DNA of 64,000 nt from assembly GCA_951406725.2 (NCBI GenBank), contig OX597814.1, forward strand, positions 142,972,001 to 143,036,000, written 5' to 3'. The notes below the pieces were generated by a model. That model had not been told where the DNA came from and did not search any database. It saw only the letters and a program-made list of their open reading frames with translations. Positions 12,160 to 25,942 of this stretch are shown here, in pieces. Position 1 is the first letter of the stretch; each line of letters starts with the position of its first letter. This stretch comes from Octopus vulgaris (taxonomy: Eukaryota). The position numbers were made by a program, and so were the translations under genes.

Positions 12160-12800
12160 CTATTTAGATAAACTTACGCACAGTTCACCAAAGCAAATTT
12201 TCACATATGCAAACATATGATAAACACACAAACTCACGCACATAGAAACAGATAATGAACTCAAAAACTCATACATAGAAACAACAGACGATGAACGTAC
12301 AAACTCGCACATAGAAACAGTCGAACTAACAAACTTACACATATACGAACGCAAGATGAACGCACAAACTTTCGCATAGAAACAGATGAACTAACCAATC
12401 TCACACATATGCAAACACATGAACGTACAAACACATACATACACACACATATATATATACACACAAATACATGATGAACGCACATAGAAACAGATGAACT
12501 CGCAAACTCACACATTTACTAACACATGAACCCACACATAGAAACAAATAACACTCAAACACACATATACGAACGCATGATAAAACAACGCATAGACTCA
12601 CACATCGAGAAACGTTACAAGGGGAAAACATACAAGCTCACACATATGTGAATGAACTTCTCATTGAATAACACAAATTTCGCATATGCACATACAAAAT
12701 TATGATAAATATACAAACACACACACATACACAGACACAAAAAGGTTCAAATTCACACAGAAACCAACGCACGATCAACACACAAACTCACAAACTCACA
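12160..12800. repeat. Degenerate minisatellite-like array (~25-45 bp units)
   Basis: Recurring ACAAACTC.CACATAGAAACAG and GATGAAC words. Confidence 0.6.
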
Positions 12801-13186
12801 CCAACTTAGAAGCATTACGCACATAAACGCACACACGTACACATATATATATGTATATGCACACTTGGTGCGCGCGCGCGCATGTACGCAGAATGATGTT
12901 GAAATGTACTTTTACATAATTCGATCGTTTATTGAATTTTCTCTTCCCTACACGCTCTGTTCTTCCTCTCTCTTTTTCTCTGCCCCTCTCTTTCTTTCAT
13001 TCTTTCCTTCTCCCACACTCCTCTAGTTTGCCTCCTCTCAGCTGTTAACTGATTTTTCAATCTCTCTTCTATATTAAAACATTTCATTCTTTTCCATTGC
13101 TACTTCGCCGCCATCACAACCGCTACCACTATCATCACCACCACCAACTTTAAATTACTTCACATCTCTCCCTCGCCTTCTCTTCC

Positions 13187-13244
<58 letters not shown>

Positions 13245-13412
13245 GTCTATTGTTCTTAATTCATCCTCTTTATTTGTTTTTCCTGGAAGCTCCCGATACC
13301 CCGAAAGCAGCTGGGTTTGCTACACTGCTGTTTCAAACAAGGAAGGCAGTGTGTGTGACGTCGTTATTGTTATTATTGCTTTTCGTTACGTCGTTTTCAT
13401 TCCGTGCTGCAA

Positions 13413-13545
<133 letters not shown>

Positions 13546-13984
13546 TAGCAGCCGTCGTAGTAACAGTGGGGGCTAGCGGGGGAGTTTTTATTCAAGGTAG
13601 CAACAACAATCACTATCACTATCACAATTACAAGAACCAACGTAATTACGCAAAAAAAAAAAAAAAGAAAACAACAAAAAAAAACTAAACCAGCAACAAC
13701 GAAAAAAAAAGATTACAAAAAAAAAAACTAATAAATAAATAAATAAATAAAACAGACGTAATATCACCAGCTTACACTATTGATTTCTCACTTAGGGACA
13801 AGGTGTAATAACTATAGGAGTAAAAGGAAGAGGATGCTTGCAACGTTTGCGCATTTTTCCCCCCTCTTCTCAAACAGCATTAACATATTTCTGAAGTAAA
13901 GCGTCCTACACCCGAGAACGAAACCGGGTCTCGGAATCATCGGTTTGCCAGCAACTTTACTACTCTATATAGCATTTGGGACTG

Positions 13985-14023
13985 ATATACATATACATAT
14001 GCATATATATATGTATATATATA

Positions 14024-14063
<40 letters not shown>

Positions 14064-14068
14064 CATAC

Positions 14069-14131
<63 letters not shown>

Positions 14132-14247
14132 GGTGGGATAAAAGTCAGGAAGTATAAAAACGCCGTTGGTGCAACAGCTGAAGCTATCAGATTATGCTCA
14201 CACATCGCAATATGCAGTTAGACTTTGTGATGTTTGACCCCACCCTG

Positions 14248-14293
<46 letters not shown>

Positions 14294-14624
14294 GAGAGAG
14301 AAGTGTATGTGTGGGTGTGTGTGTATATAAATTTTTGTATGTATACATGGGTGTATATATATATATATGAGTATATATATATGTATATATATTTATAAAT
14401 ATGTTTATATATATGTATATAGGGGTGTTTGTTTGTATATATGTATATATGGGTGTATGTATATATATGTATATATGGGTGTATGTATGCATATATATGT
14501 ATATGGGCGTATGTATATATATATATATGTTTATATGTGTATATATATGTATGTATATATATGTATATATATATATATATATACGGGTGCTTGCATGTAT
14601 ATATGTATGTATATTTATATAGAC

Positions 14625-14678
<54 letters not shown>

Positions 14679-14867
14679 AGACGTGTATCTATCTATCTAT
14701 CCGTGTGTGTGTATATAGATGTGTATACATATATACATATATATTAACTGTATCAAATGAAACTTTTGATTTCTGCAACAAAATGTTATGTGTTTATGCA
14801 TATACAAATACATTCTGTTATGTCTGTGTATATATATATATATATATATATGAATAAATGTATATAC

Positions 14868-14923
<56 letters not shown>

Positions 14924-14955
14924 CGTATATACACTTATTCATATATATATATATA

Positions 14956-14988
<33 letters not shown>

Positions 14989-15001
14989 GTATATACACTT
15001 A

Positions 15002-15055
<54 letters not shown>
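13985..15055. repeat. Compound (TA)n/(TATG)n low-complexity tract
   Basis: Seen directly. Confidence 0.95.
14129..14247. mobile_element. Tiny Tc1/mariner-type MITE (119 bp)
   Basis: TIRs CAGGGTGGG..AAA..TCA / TGA..TTT..CCCACCCTG inside a (TA)n tract. Confidence 0.7.
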
Positions 15056-15058
<3 letters not shown>

Positions 15059-15417
15059 CTAGTTTGAAACTGTCTCTCTCTCTTCACATATATATACGTA
15101 TACATATATAATATGGGAAAGGAAATGGGATTCTGGTAGCTTATGTCGAAGGATTTGTTGATTTCTCACTACATGATGTTACATCAATGAGAACCCCCTC
15201 GCTAGTCCTCGACGTACCAGAAAAAGCACCCAAATCTCCCTCAAATAACATACTCTTTTCTTTTTGAAAAATGCAGAAGATATATCGGATAACGTAACGG
15301 AAGAGTCATTCACCACTGGAGTGTCTTTAAACATCGCTTAACAACAACTGAAACATTAAACTTCAGATATATTTCGTATAAATATAATATTGTAACATTC
15401 ATCCTTTTCTCTAGAGC

Positions 15418-15590
15418 AGCGTTTGCCAGAATAAGTTCTGAGGAACCTTAGAATTCTGTGAAAAACTTTGGAACTTCTATGAAATAAGCTACTTTAAATA
15501 CGATTTAATAAATATAAAGTTTATAAAATATAAAATTTCGAAATGACCAAACATCATTCTCAAAGTTGTTTTATTTTATTCTTTAAATTA
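15418..15590 (+). mobile_element. hAT (Charlie-like) terminus fragment
   Basis: CAGCGTTTGCCAGAATAAGTTCTGAGGAACC directly after CTCTAGAG, which fits the NTCTAGAN Charlie target; only one end seen. Confidence 0.5.
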
Positions 15591-15591
15591 T

Positions 15592-15872
15592 CTTCTTGTT
15601 TCCGTCATTGGTCTGCGGCCATTCTGGGGTATCACTTTAAAAGGGTTTAGCCGAACAAATCGTCCCCAGTACTTATTCGTTTAAAGTTCGGTGAGTGTCT
15701 TCTGTCGAACCGCTATGTTACGGCGACGTGACCAAACCAACACCGATTGTCCAGCGGTGTTGCTGGACATAAGCGCGCGCGCACACCCACCCGCAAACAT
15801 ATTTATTATCCGAAATGTATTAAATATTTATACCAATGCATCCTTTTCCCTGACTTATGGTCACTTAAACGA

Positions 15873-15909
<37 letters not shown>

Positions 15910-16076
15910 ACACACACACACACACAAATATATATATACATATATATATACATATATATATGAACATATATATATACATATGCTTATGCATATATATATA
16001 CATATATATACATATACATATATATATACATATATACACATATATACATATACATATAGATATACATATATATACA

Positions 16077-16108
<32 letters not shown>

Positions 16109-16203
16109 CATATGCATATATATATATACATATATACATGCATATATACATGCATATATATATATACACATATATATGTATAAAAAATATATATACATAT
16201 ACG

Positions 16204-16251
<48 letters not shown>

Positions 16252-16262
16252 TACATACATAG

Positions 16263-16317
<55 letters not shown>

Positions 16318-16330
16318 GATATATACATAT

Positions 16331-16372
<42 letters not shown>

Positions 16373-16418
16373 CATATATAAATATATACATATATATATA
16401 CATACATATATTATATAT

Positions 16419-16452
<34 letters not shown>

Positions 16453-16538
16453 ACAGACATATATATACATACATGTATATATATATATATATATACAGAC
16501 ATATATATATATATACATATATATATAAATATATATAC

Positions 16539-16569
<31 letters not shown>

Positions 16570-16893
16570 CATATATATATACATATATATACATACATAT
16601 ATATATATACATATTTATATAAATTCATATACATATATATATATATGCATACATACATATATATATATACATACACACACACACACACACACACCCACAC
16701 ACACACACACATATATGTATGTATGTATGTATGTGTGTATGTATGTATAGGGCCCGCTTCTTTTAGTTTCCGTCAACCAAATCCTCTCACAAGACTCTGG
16801 TCGGCCCGAAGTTATGATAAAAGACTCTTGCCCAAATGAGATTGAACAGGGAACTATGCCAATGGGAAGCAAATCTCATACCACACAGTCATG
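15592..16893 (-). mobile_element. SINE family A with its interior expanded by ~1 kb including a long (TA)/(TACA) tract
   Basis: Tail at 15592-15790, head at 16750-16893. Confidence 0.65.
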
Positions 16894-17365
16894 GACTGAG
16901 ACCATACTGGGGCACCGCCTTAAAGTGTTGAATCGAACAAATCACCGTTAGTACTTATTTTTTAAAGTTATGTGCTTTTTCAATTTTTTTTCCCGTCCAA
17001 CCGCTACGTTACGGCGTTACGGGGACCTTTAACAAGGCAACACCGGTTATCAAACGGTGACAGGGGACAAACGCGGGCGAAAGTCAAGAATACGTACTCC
17101 CGGTGTTTAAGGGTTTACGATTAGGGTTTATCGTTACGCCGAAAACGGGTGGTGCCCATATTCCTTACCTCCGCCCTAACGCGAACGTAAAGAGACACAT
17201 ACTCTCAAACGGTGGCCTTCTACATGGTTTTCGTCAACTAAATTCATTCACAATCCTTTGCTCGGACCAGAGCTATAAAAGACTCGAGTCCAATGTGCCA
17301 CGCAGTGGAAATGAGTCACAAAGTTCGTGGTAACTAAACGAACTTCTTAACTACACTACCATACC
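16894..17365 (-). mobile_element. SINE family A, old copy with a ~100-bp internal insertion
   Basis: Tail GGTGCCCCAGTATGG and degenerate head near 17290-17365. Confidence 0.6.
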
Positions 17366-18419
17366 TTTATAAAGTTATTACTTTTATTAAAAATAATAAA
17401 TTCTCTCTTTAATTAAAACAAATTTTATTTTATCTAATATTAAAGTTTAAGCGGTGAGTACCACCTGTAAAAACTACGGACGGTTTCTGCGTTTTTTTGA
17501 AAATTATATAAAGGTTCCTTAAAAAAAACTAACCGCTAGACTACAGAAGTGATATAACCGAAGAGAATTGTCTGCAGCGAGAAATACAGATTTATTTTCA
17601 AGATACATAAAACTCGACTTTGTAGGAAAATGTAAAAATAGCTGATTGATTCGTCCAGTATCTTACGAGTATTGATGTTATTGACATAATAAGGGCAAAA
17701 GGTAAGTCGACTCTAGCGAGATTTGAACCCAGATGCATGTGGGATGACACGCAATACAACGAAGCAGTTAGTCCGACGCACTACATACAGACTAGGCCGT
17801 CTCCGCCCCGTCCTCTTTACAACAAACAGCCTACACTCTTGACGTCAGCGATGAAAATGGGAGGATCCCAGCTAGCAACAGCAACAGACAAATCAACAGC
17901 AGCAACAGCAGGAGCAGGCAGCAACCGCAGCAACAACAGCAGCAAAGCAGCAGCATACATCAGCATCATTAGCAGCATTAGCAACAACAGCAATAAACTC
18001 TAGTGACTGTGCAGTTGAGAATAGTTAGTTACTGTCTGCCGCCGAACGACATCAACTTACATATTCTGTTAAGGTCGGTCTAAGATTACGTAAAAGTACA
18101 TGTGACTCAGAATAGATACAACACCAAGTTGAAGGTAGGCTAGGCAGGCAGACAGGCAGTGGCAGACTACAAGAAGATTTCGTGTCAGTAGTTCAGATAA
18201 AGATGACGAACACAGGCAGCTATGCCATTACAGTAGGAAGGGGAGGGTGGGGTGTTAGTGGTGGTGGCGGCAGTGGTGGTGGTAGTGGTGGTGGTGGTGT
18301 GGTAGTGGCGTCAGACAAAACGGAGGATTGGGGGTGGGAGAGGAAATGGTCATCTATGGGAAGAATAAACGGAAATTCAGACAAGAGACGTGTGTGTGTG
18401 TGTGATGGAGAGTAGTGGT

Positions 18420-18530
18420 GGATAAGACAGACAGACAGATAGGTAAACAATATTGAGAGAGGGAAAGTATGGAAAGGTAGATAGATAGATAGACAGATAG
18501 ACAAATAGATAGATAGACAGACAGACAAAC

Positions 18531-18565
<35 letters not shown>

Positions 18566-18585
18566 CAGACAAACTGATAGATAGA

Positions 18586-18621
<36 letters not shown>

Positions 18622-18646
18622 TAGATAGATAGATAGATAGACAGAC

Positions 18647-18701
<55 letters not shown>

Positions 18702-18760
18702 CAGATACACAGACAGACAGACAGACAGATACACAGACAGACAGACAGATAGATAGATAG
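18420..18760. repeat. (GATA)n/(GACA)n microsatellite
   Basis: Seen directly. Confidence 0.95.
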
Positions 18761-19356
18761 AAGGGAAAATAGAATAATAGTAACAGACGATAATGGAAAC
18801 AGAGACATGAATAAATAAAATTAAATTAAATTAAAATAAAATAAAATAAAATAAGAATAAATTGTGAGGACGAAGACAGAAAGAAAGAGTTTGAAGAGCG
18901 CTTGGATAGATTAATAAAACTAATAATTATGTAGAATTATTTCTAAATAGATTACAACTTATGTAGACAGACGAAGAGAACTATGTAATTAGGTAAAAGA
19001 CATAGTTGTTGTTGCTGTTGTTGTTGTTGGTGGTGGTGATGGTGGTGGTGGTCGTGGGTTTTGGCGGTGGAGGTGTCGCTGTCTGTCTGTTATTGTTTGT
19101 TGATGTCTACATCTAATCCGAGGGTGATATGTAAATAAATGTATCTATATGTAGATAAAGTATGTATGTGTATATATATATACATACACACACAGACACA
19201 CACATACACACACACACATTTATGTAAATGTATTCTTGTAATAAGAAAGTCTGTGAATATATTATACATAAGTTTGTAGAACATATACGAATACAGACTT
19301 TATGTAACAAAACACGCACACACGTACACACTCATACACATACCCTCGTGCGCGCA

Positions 19357-19404
<48 letters not shown>

Positions 19405-19507
19405 CATACATACATACATACATACATACATACATACATACATACATACGCACACATAGACATGTTAATGTTTCTATAATTTATTTTATATATTTGTTTT
19501 ATCTCTG

Positions 19508-19567
<60 letters not shown>

Positions 19568-19615
19568 CCTATCAATCTGTCTATTTATCTATCTATTTAC
19601 CTGTCTCTCTTCCTC

Positions 19616-19672
<57 letters not shown>

Positions 19673-19694
19673 CTTTGTTGTCTTACCATTTTTA

Positions 19695-19732
<38 letters not shown>

Positions 19733-19984
19733 TATACACACACACATATATAGATAGACTTATCCATCCATGTATCCATCCAATCATACATCCACCCATA
19801 TATCATCCGATCTTGCTGGTGTTCTCAGTACCTGCCACACCTGTCTAATAATCCTCTCCAGACATAAAATTGTGAGTAACGAGGTACAAAATAGCCATAA
19901 GTTATGGACAATATTTCTACTTTATACAAGGCATCGAATTATCTTGTCCGTAAAGTAGCTTTGTGAGAACCAGTCTGTGCGTGC

Positions 19985-20026
<42 letters not shown>

Positions 20027-20122
20027 GTATTCCCTGCGTTACAAGGGGAATATATTTCTGAAACTCTTGTCGTAACGCAAAGTCCCGTACCGCGAAATGA
20101 ATTTTCTCTTTGATATTCATAT

Positions 20123-20567
20123 CTATTTCTTTATTGCCCACAAGGGGGACATAGAGGGGACAAACATAGAGGGGACATACATAGAGGGGACAAACAAGGA
20201 CAGACAAAGGGGTTAAGCCAATTACATTGGCCCCAATGCGAAACTTGGTACTTATTTAATCGAGCCCGAAACCCTGAAAGGTAAAGTCCACCTCGGCGGA
20301 GCTTGAACTCAGAACCTAATGGCAGACGAACTACCTATTTCTTTACTACCCACAAGGTGGCTAAACACAGAGAGGACAAACAAGGACAGACAAACGGATT
20401 AAGTCGATTATATCGACTCCATTGCGTAAATAGTACTTATTTAATCGACCCCAAAAGGATGAAAGGCAAAGTCAACCTCGGCGGAGTTTGAACTTAGAAC
20501 CTAATAGCAGACGAAATACTGCTAAGCATTTCGCCCGACGTGCTAACGATTCTGCCAGCTCGCCGCC
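20123..20567 (-). mobile_element. SINE family B dimer with a single TSD
   Basis: Full monomer plus 5'-truncated second unit; TSD CTTTGATATT(C/A)ATAT at 20108-20122 and 20568-20582. Confidence 0.9.
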
Positions 20568-20990
20568 CTTTGATATTAATATTATAAAGTGAGAATGCGT
20601 TCCAACAAAGTTTTCTTTTTCCGAACAACAATAACAACAAAAATAAACAAGCAACGCAACCACTTTTCCGAAAATAATTTCGAAACATACTATGATATCT
20701 ATAGATAAAAACATTTGAAGAGAAATATATTAGGGAATAGATAAGAAATGTAATATTGTAATAGGGTACGTTCTTGACTATTGTGTGAAGGGGTTGTGGT
20801 GAAATGAGAATGACTGGGAGGATGAGGGATACTATTTTCTTTTAATTAATTCATCATCAACATCTACTTGATACTTATCCAAAATTGTTTGATGTTTATG
20901 TTGAAGCACCACTTTGCACAGCTCGATATAGAACAGTACTTATTCTAAACCACTTTGCGAGTGCCAACTCTTTAGTAATACTCTTTGCAG

Positions 20991-21280
20991 CAGGGCCGGA
21001 TTAAGACCCGTAGAGGCCCTAAGCACTTAAAAGGTTCTGGTGCCCTCAAGTATATGTAAATGGTTCAAAGTGTAAACAAAAATAATTCAAAATGTAAACG
21101 ATGAGAAACCATAAAATAGATTTTTATTTTTCAAAATGAAAAAAAAAAAAATAGTAAGATGGAAAATAATGTTTATTTTTGTATACTTTCACTTTCTTTA
21201 TATTTGAAGTTGTCTCCGTTTGTTTTTGTTTTTGTTTTTTTGCAAAGTGTTCGATGGTTTCGTAAAAATTTTTTCGCCCT
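20991..21280 (+). mobile_element. hAT-like MITE terminus
   Basis: CAGGGCCGGATTAAGACCCGTAGAGGCCCTAAG; partner end not found. Confidence 0.5.
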
Positions 21281-21295
21281 TTGCCTTTGGCGTAT

Positions 21296-21458
21296 GTGTT
21301 CCTCCCAGCTGGACGGGATGCCAGTCCATCTCAGCGTTACTCAATAAACAGGAAGAAAGAGTGAGAGAAAGTTGGGGCGAAAGAGTACAACTGGGGTCGC
21401 CACCACCCCCTGCCGGAGCATCGTGGAGCTTTAGGTGCTTTCGTTCAATAAACATACA
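21296..21458 (-). mobile_element. SINE family C, 5'-truncated
   Basis: Homologous to 10264-10457. Confidence 0.8.
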
Positions 21459-21529
21459 CCAGTTTGTTTCTGTTCTAATAGCAAGTGTTCCTCGTTAGAT
21501 AAACTTTTTCCCTGGGTCACTAGCTACTC

Positions 21530-22560
21530 ATTTGCATCAGCCTCGTTGACCCTACGTCGTTTACAAGTGACAATAGCTTTCTGAATTTGATGTAGACTTT
21601 CTGCTTGTGGTAAAATACTTGTAAAGTATCCAATACAATCTGGCCATTTATTTTCCCAAGCACAAATCAAGGTTGAAGGTTTCATTTCACCCCATGACTC
21701 ATCTATGTTATCCACATCATCCATTAAATTGAATTTCTTTTTTAGAATCCCCCTAGCAATTGCTTTCATATGTTGCTTCAAAGTCCTTGTATAACACGAT
21801 TTGAAATTAATTATCACAACTTGATCTTTAGGTTAGGACTTTATATTCTACTTTCACATTATCAGAATGTTCATTTGAGTTCACTAGGTAGCTTAGTGAA
21901 TCGTCCAAAAAGAGCAATGCTCTGTTGGAAATATTATCTGGTACTCTACTTTCTACAGAAGGACAAAATGTGTTTGTCAGTCACTCTTCGAGAAAGACTC
22001 TTGGTCATCTGTATCGTCCATTTAAATGCCAAATCAGAGGCGAATTAAACTTTGTGTAACTTTTGAAAACCTTTAGATTTTTCAAAGGATATACGAGTGG
22101 GAACTTTAATTTCATATTACCAGCGGCATTTCATCTCGGAAGAAGCATCAGGTGACCTTTTTGAAGCTTTAAATTATGATGTTGTTTTTCTTTTCTTGAG
22201 AAATAAAAGTCCCAGCAAACGTGAGCTTGCAAAAAAAAAAAAAACGTACCCTTTCATCAACATCCTATCTATTCTCTGGCGTGTAGCACCATTGAAAAGT
22301 CGTTTTTTTTTTTTTTTTCAGTTGCAGGATAATTACTAGTAACATTGTATCACCACTGTCAGCTTCGCCAGTCATTTTTATGCTGAGCAAATCCAACCGC
22401 TTCTTAAACCTTTGAAACCAACCATTACTCGCCAGAAATAGTTTTACATTACAAGCTTTACTTACCTTTGTCTGCAAATCGTCATACAAACATTTCGCTC
22501 TGTTTCTCTCTTCTACTTTTCCTGTCTTCGTAAGCTCCAGTGGTCCTCTGTTCCTCATCA
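21530..22560 (-). pseudogene. Tigger/pogo transposase pseudogene (CENP-B HTH and DDE_1)
   Basis: LASNGWFQRFKKRLDLLSIKMTGEADSGD and NFKSCY..NIDESWGEMKPSTLICAWENKWP, with stops and frameshifts. Confidence 0.85.
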
Positions 22561-22833
22561 GTTGCCGCCAGATTTTCTGAGAGGATATAAAACTCTGTTG
22601 TCTCTCTTAAATTTCTCTCCTGCCAACTTTTCGCTGAAGAGGAACGCTGTCCGAAACACTGTGCTTTGTGCTCCCCACGGTATGTTCACTATACTCTCTT
22701 TGAGGATTTTACGAAACCCAACACACACACACACACACACGCACACATACACACATACACGTATATATACATATATGTCATTCTGTAGAGAGGTGGCAAT
22801 CACCATAGTGTGTATGTGTGTATTATATATGTA

Positions 22834-23275
22834 GGCGCAGGAGTGGATGTGTGGTAAGTAGCTTGCTTACCAGCCACATGGTTCCGGGTTCAGTCCCATT
22901 GTGTGGCATCTTGGGCAAGTGTCTTCTACTATAGCCTGGGGCCGACCAATACCTTGAAGGTGGGCTTGGTAGGCAGAAACTGAAAGAAACCCGTCGTATA
23001 TATGTATATGTATATATATGTATATATATATGTATATATGTGTGTGTATGTATTTGTGTGTCTGTGTTTGTCCCCCCCCCCAACATCGCTTGACAATCGA
23101 TGCTGGTGTGTTTACGTCCCCGTAACTTAGCGGTTCGGCAAAAGAGACCGATAAAATAAGTACTAGGCTTACAAAGAATGCGTCCTGGGGTCGATTTTCT
23201 TGAGTAAAGGCGGTGCTCCAGCATGGTCGCTGTCAAATGACTGAAACAAGTAAAAGCGTAAAAAAGAGTAAAGAG
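22834..23275 (+). mobile_element. tRNA-derived SINE family A, full length
   Basis: A box TGGATGTGTGG, B box GGTTCAGTCCC, CORE-like CTTGGGCAAGTGTCTT, internal (TA/TG)n and (AAAGAGT)-like tail. Confidence 0.9.
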
Positions 23276-24268
23276 AATGTATATGTGTGTGCATGTGCAG
23301 ACAGAGCAAAAATATTTCTTGTACGATCAATATAAGTGAAAGAAGATATTCGGTTTAGAGCAACAATATAACGATTTACAAGTACAGTTAAAACGAAGAG
23401 ACACTCAGTAAATAAAATCATACTATTTATAATATCGTTATATTTCAAGATGGTCTGACAGAAAGACAGAACGGACTAAAGAGGACAAGAGGAGACAGAT
23501 GGGATAGAGAGTCGCTGAAGAGGTCACAGGATGTGTAACAGAACATTTCAGACAAAGGACAGAAAAATAAGAATAATAATAAATCTGAAGTGAAGAACGA
23601 TATTGTGCGTCTGCTTATTTGGCAAGAAAAATCGACCATCCTGAAGTATATTAATATCTGTCTCAATATACGATTTCACATCAAGAATCTGCAAAACAAA
23701 TACACAAACGTAATATTTATACTAATATCTATGATATATTTCATGTATTCTCAATAGACATATGGCCGTGAAAATATTCCGTAAAGCTCCATTGAGTTAT
23801 ATTGAAACCATTTATCTTCATGGAAGCACCATGAGGACAACTCAGTTTGAGAGATTTCAGTGCTTTTGTAGTTGTCTGTCTATTGGACAATTCCGGAGGT
23901 AAGGCTATAACCATGGCTCTTTCGTTTGCTCTACAAGACCGGCGAGATTGATGTCACTAACATTCTGCTTAAAAAGCAGCAGAAAACATATGCTGGGAGG
24001 GATTTCCTGAGAACTGACGTTCTGGAAAACAAGGACGCAGTGTAGTGTTTAGTGTGTGAGAGCCTGAGGGTTGAGTACAGCATAAGGTGATGAGAGAAAG
24101 GGAGACAAGTATATTCAAAGAGCCCGAGGGGATGTTGTACGTGATGGCAGCCGGTTATGAACAGAGATTGATGTAATAACAGCAGAGAAGGCTCATAGAA
24201 AAGAAAGCTCGAAATAAAAAAAAAGAAACAAAACAAAACAGAAACAAAAAAAACACATCAATATTACA

Positions 24269-24428
24269 GGTGCAGGACTAGCTGTGTGATAAGAAGTTTG
24301 TTTCCCAACCACACGGTTCCGGTTTCAGTCCTACTGTGCGTCACCTTGGGCAGGTGTCTTCTACTATAGCCTCGGACATACTGAAACCTTGTAAATGGAT
24401 TTTGTAGACGGAAACTGAAAGAAGCCTA

Positions 24429-24491
<63 letters not shown>

Positions 24492-24750
24492 CGTGCGTGT
24501 GTGTAAGTGTATGTGTGTGAGTGTGTGTACCTTTGTGTCTGAGTTTCTCCTCCGCCACCGCTTGACAAATGGTGTTGGTTTGGTTACGTTCCCGTAACTT
24601 AAACACTTCAGCAAAAGAGTCTGATAAAATAAGTACTAGGCTTTAAAAGAATAATTATTGGGGTCGATTCGTTCGACTAAATCCCATTAAGGTGGTGTCC
24701 CAACATGGCCGCTGTTTGATAACTGAAACGAGTTAACGATAAAAGATAAA
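24269..24750 (+). mobile_element. SINE family A
   Basis: Homologous to 22834-23275. Confidence 0.9.
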
Positions 24751-24900
24751 ATGTGCTGCTCGTGCTAATTTAAATATGGTATAAATGGCATTAGTATAAG
24801 ATCGAGGTATATTAGGGAATAATTTCTCTTGTTCTGCTAATTCTGTATTCTGCGTCTCGGTAAAATTGTTGCTATATTTGAATAAATCTTGTAAATATAT

Positions 24901-25131
24901 ATTTCTTTATTGCCCACAAGGGGCTTAACACAAAGAGGACAAACAAGGACAAACAAAGGGATTAAGTAGATTACATCGACCCCAGTGCGTAACTGGTACT
25001 TAATTTATTGACCCCGAAAGGATGAAAGGCAAAGTCGACCTCGACGGAATTTGAACTCAGAACGTAACGGCAGACGAAATAAGGCTACGCATTTTGGCCG
25101 GCGCGGTAACGTGTCTGCCAGCTCACCGCCT
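24901..25131 (-). mobile_element. SINE family B with 17-bp TSD
   Basis: TSD AAATCTTGTAAATATAT at 24884-24900 and 25134-25150. Confidence 0.92.
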
Positions 25132-25150
25132 TCAAATCTTGTAAATATAT

Positions 25151-25869
25151 TCGATGGGCGTAATTAACGAAGATATATTACTGATCCAAAGATAATATGA
25201 CACTACCCAGCGTTTGTCACATTTAAAACCATTCTTCATTTGCTGCGTGCCAGACCATTGACAATATAGTATTAATTCTCTGAAAGGTTTGTAGTTGGTA
25301 ATCTTTTTGATAATTTTTGTAATGAAAATTTCTGTGGAACAATGATTGTTGAAATGGTCGGGTATTTTAATTTTTAAACGTAAGTTTCAACTCTTCTGGA
25401 TCATTCTGTTGAAATTCTGCAGGAACGAACATGTTGAAGTCATATCGCACGTGAGATTTCTTTTGTTGTTCCAACACCATCAGCGTCTTTGACTTTTCCA
25501 AGTATGTTTTTCAAGATGTAGTTTAGCAAATACTTCAGCATCAAATTAAATGCTGTGAAAATGCAGCCTGGCTGGTCCTGCAATAATTTCAATAATTTCA
25601 AACCGATGTTCCTTTTAATTGCTTTGCAATGCGTTTGTACAGAAATTTGCTTGTATACTCTTTACTCTTTTACTCTTTTACTTGTTTCAATCATTTGACT
25701 GCGACCATGCTGGAGCACCGCCTTTAGTCGAGCAAATCGACCCCAGGACTTATTCTTTGTAAGCCTAGTGCTTATTCTATCGGTGTCTTTTGCCGAACCG
25801 CTAAGTTACGGGGACGTAAACTCACCAGCATCGGTTGTCAAGCTATGTTGGTGGGACACAGACACACAA

Positions 25870-25942
<73 letters not shown>

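Larger units (their letters stand above)
20024..22560 (-). mobile_element. Decayed Tigger/pogo DNA transposon interrupted by SINEs and a hAT fragment
   Basis: Tigger-like terminus CAGGTATTCCCTGCGTTAC at 20024; transposase remnants at 21530-22560. Confidence 0.65.

Noticed and set aside
13945-16872. Many long ORFs (up to 268 aa) rich in Y/I/H/T
   Set aside because: They are translations of (TA)n/(TACA)n microsatellites, which lack stop codons; the same applies to similar ORFs across the window.
23758-23898. Possible exon (AG...GAG|GTAAGG, about 46 open codons)
   Set aside because: No recognisable protein similarity, and the adjacent sequence looks like a decayed LINE endonuclease region.
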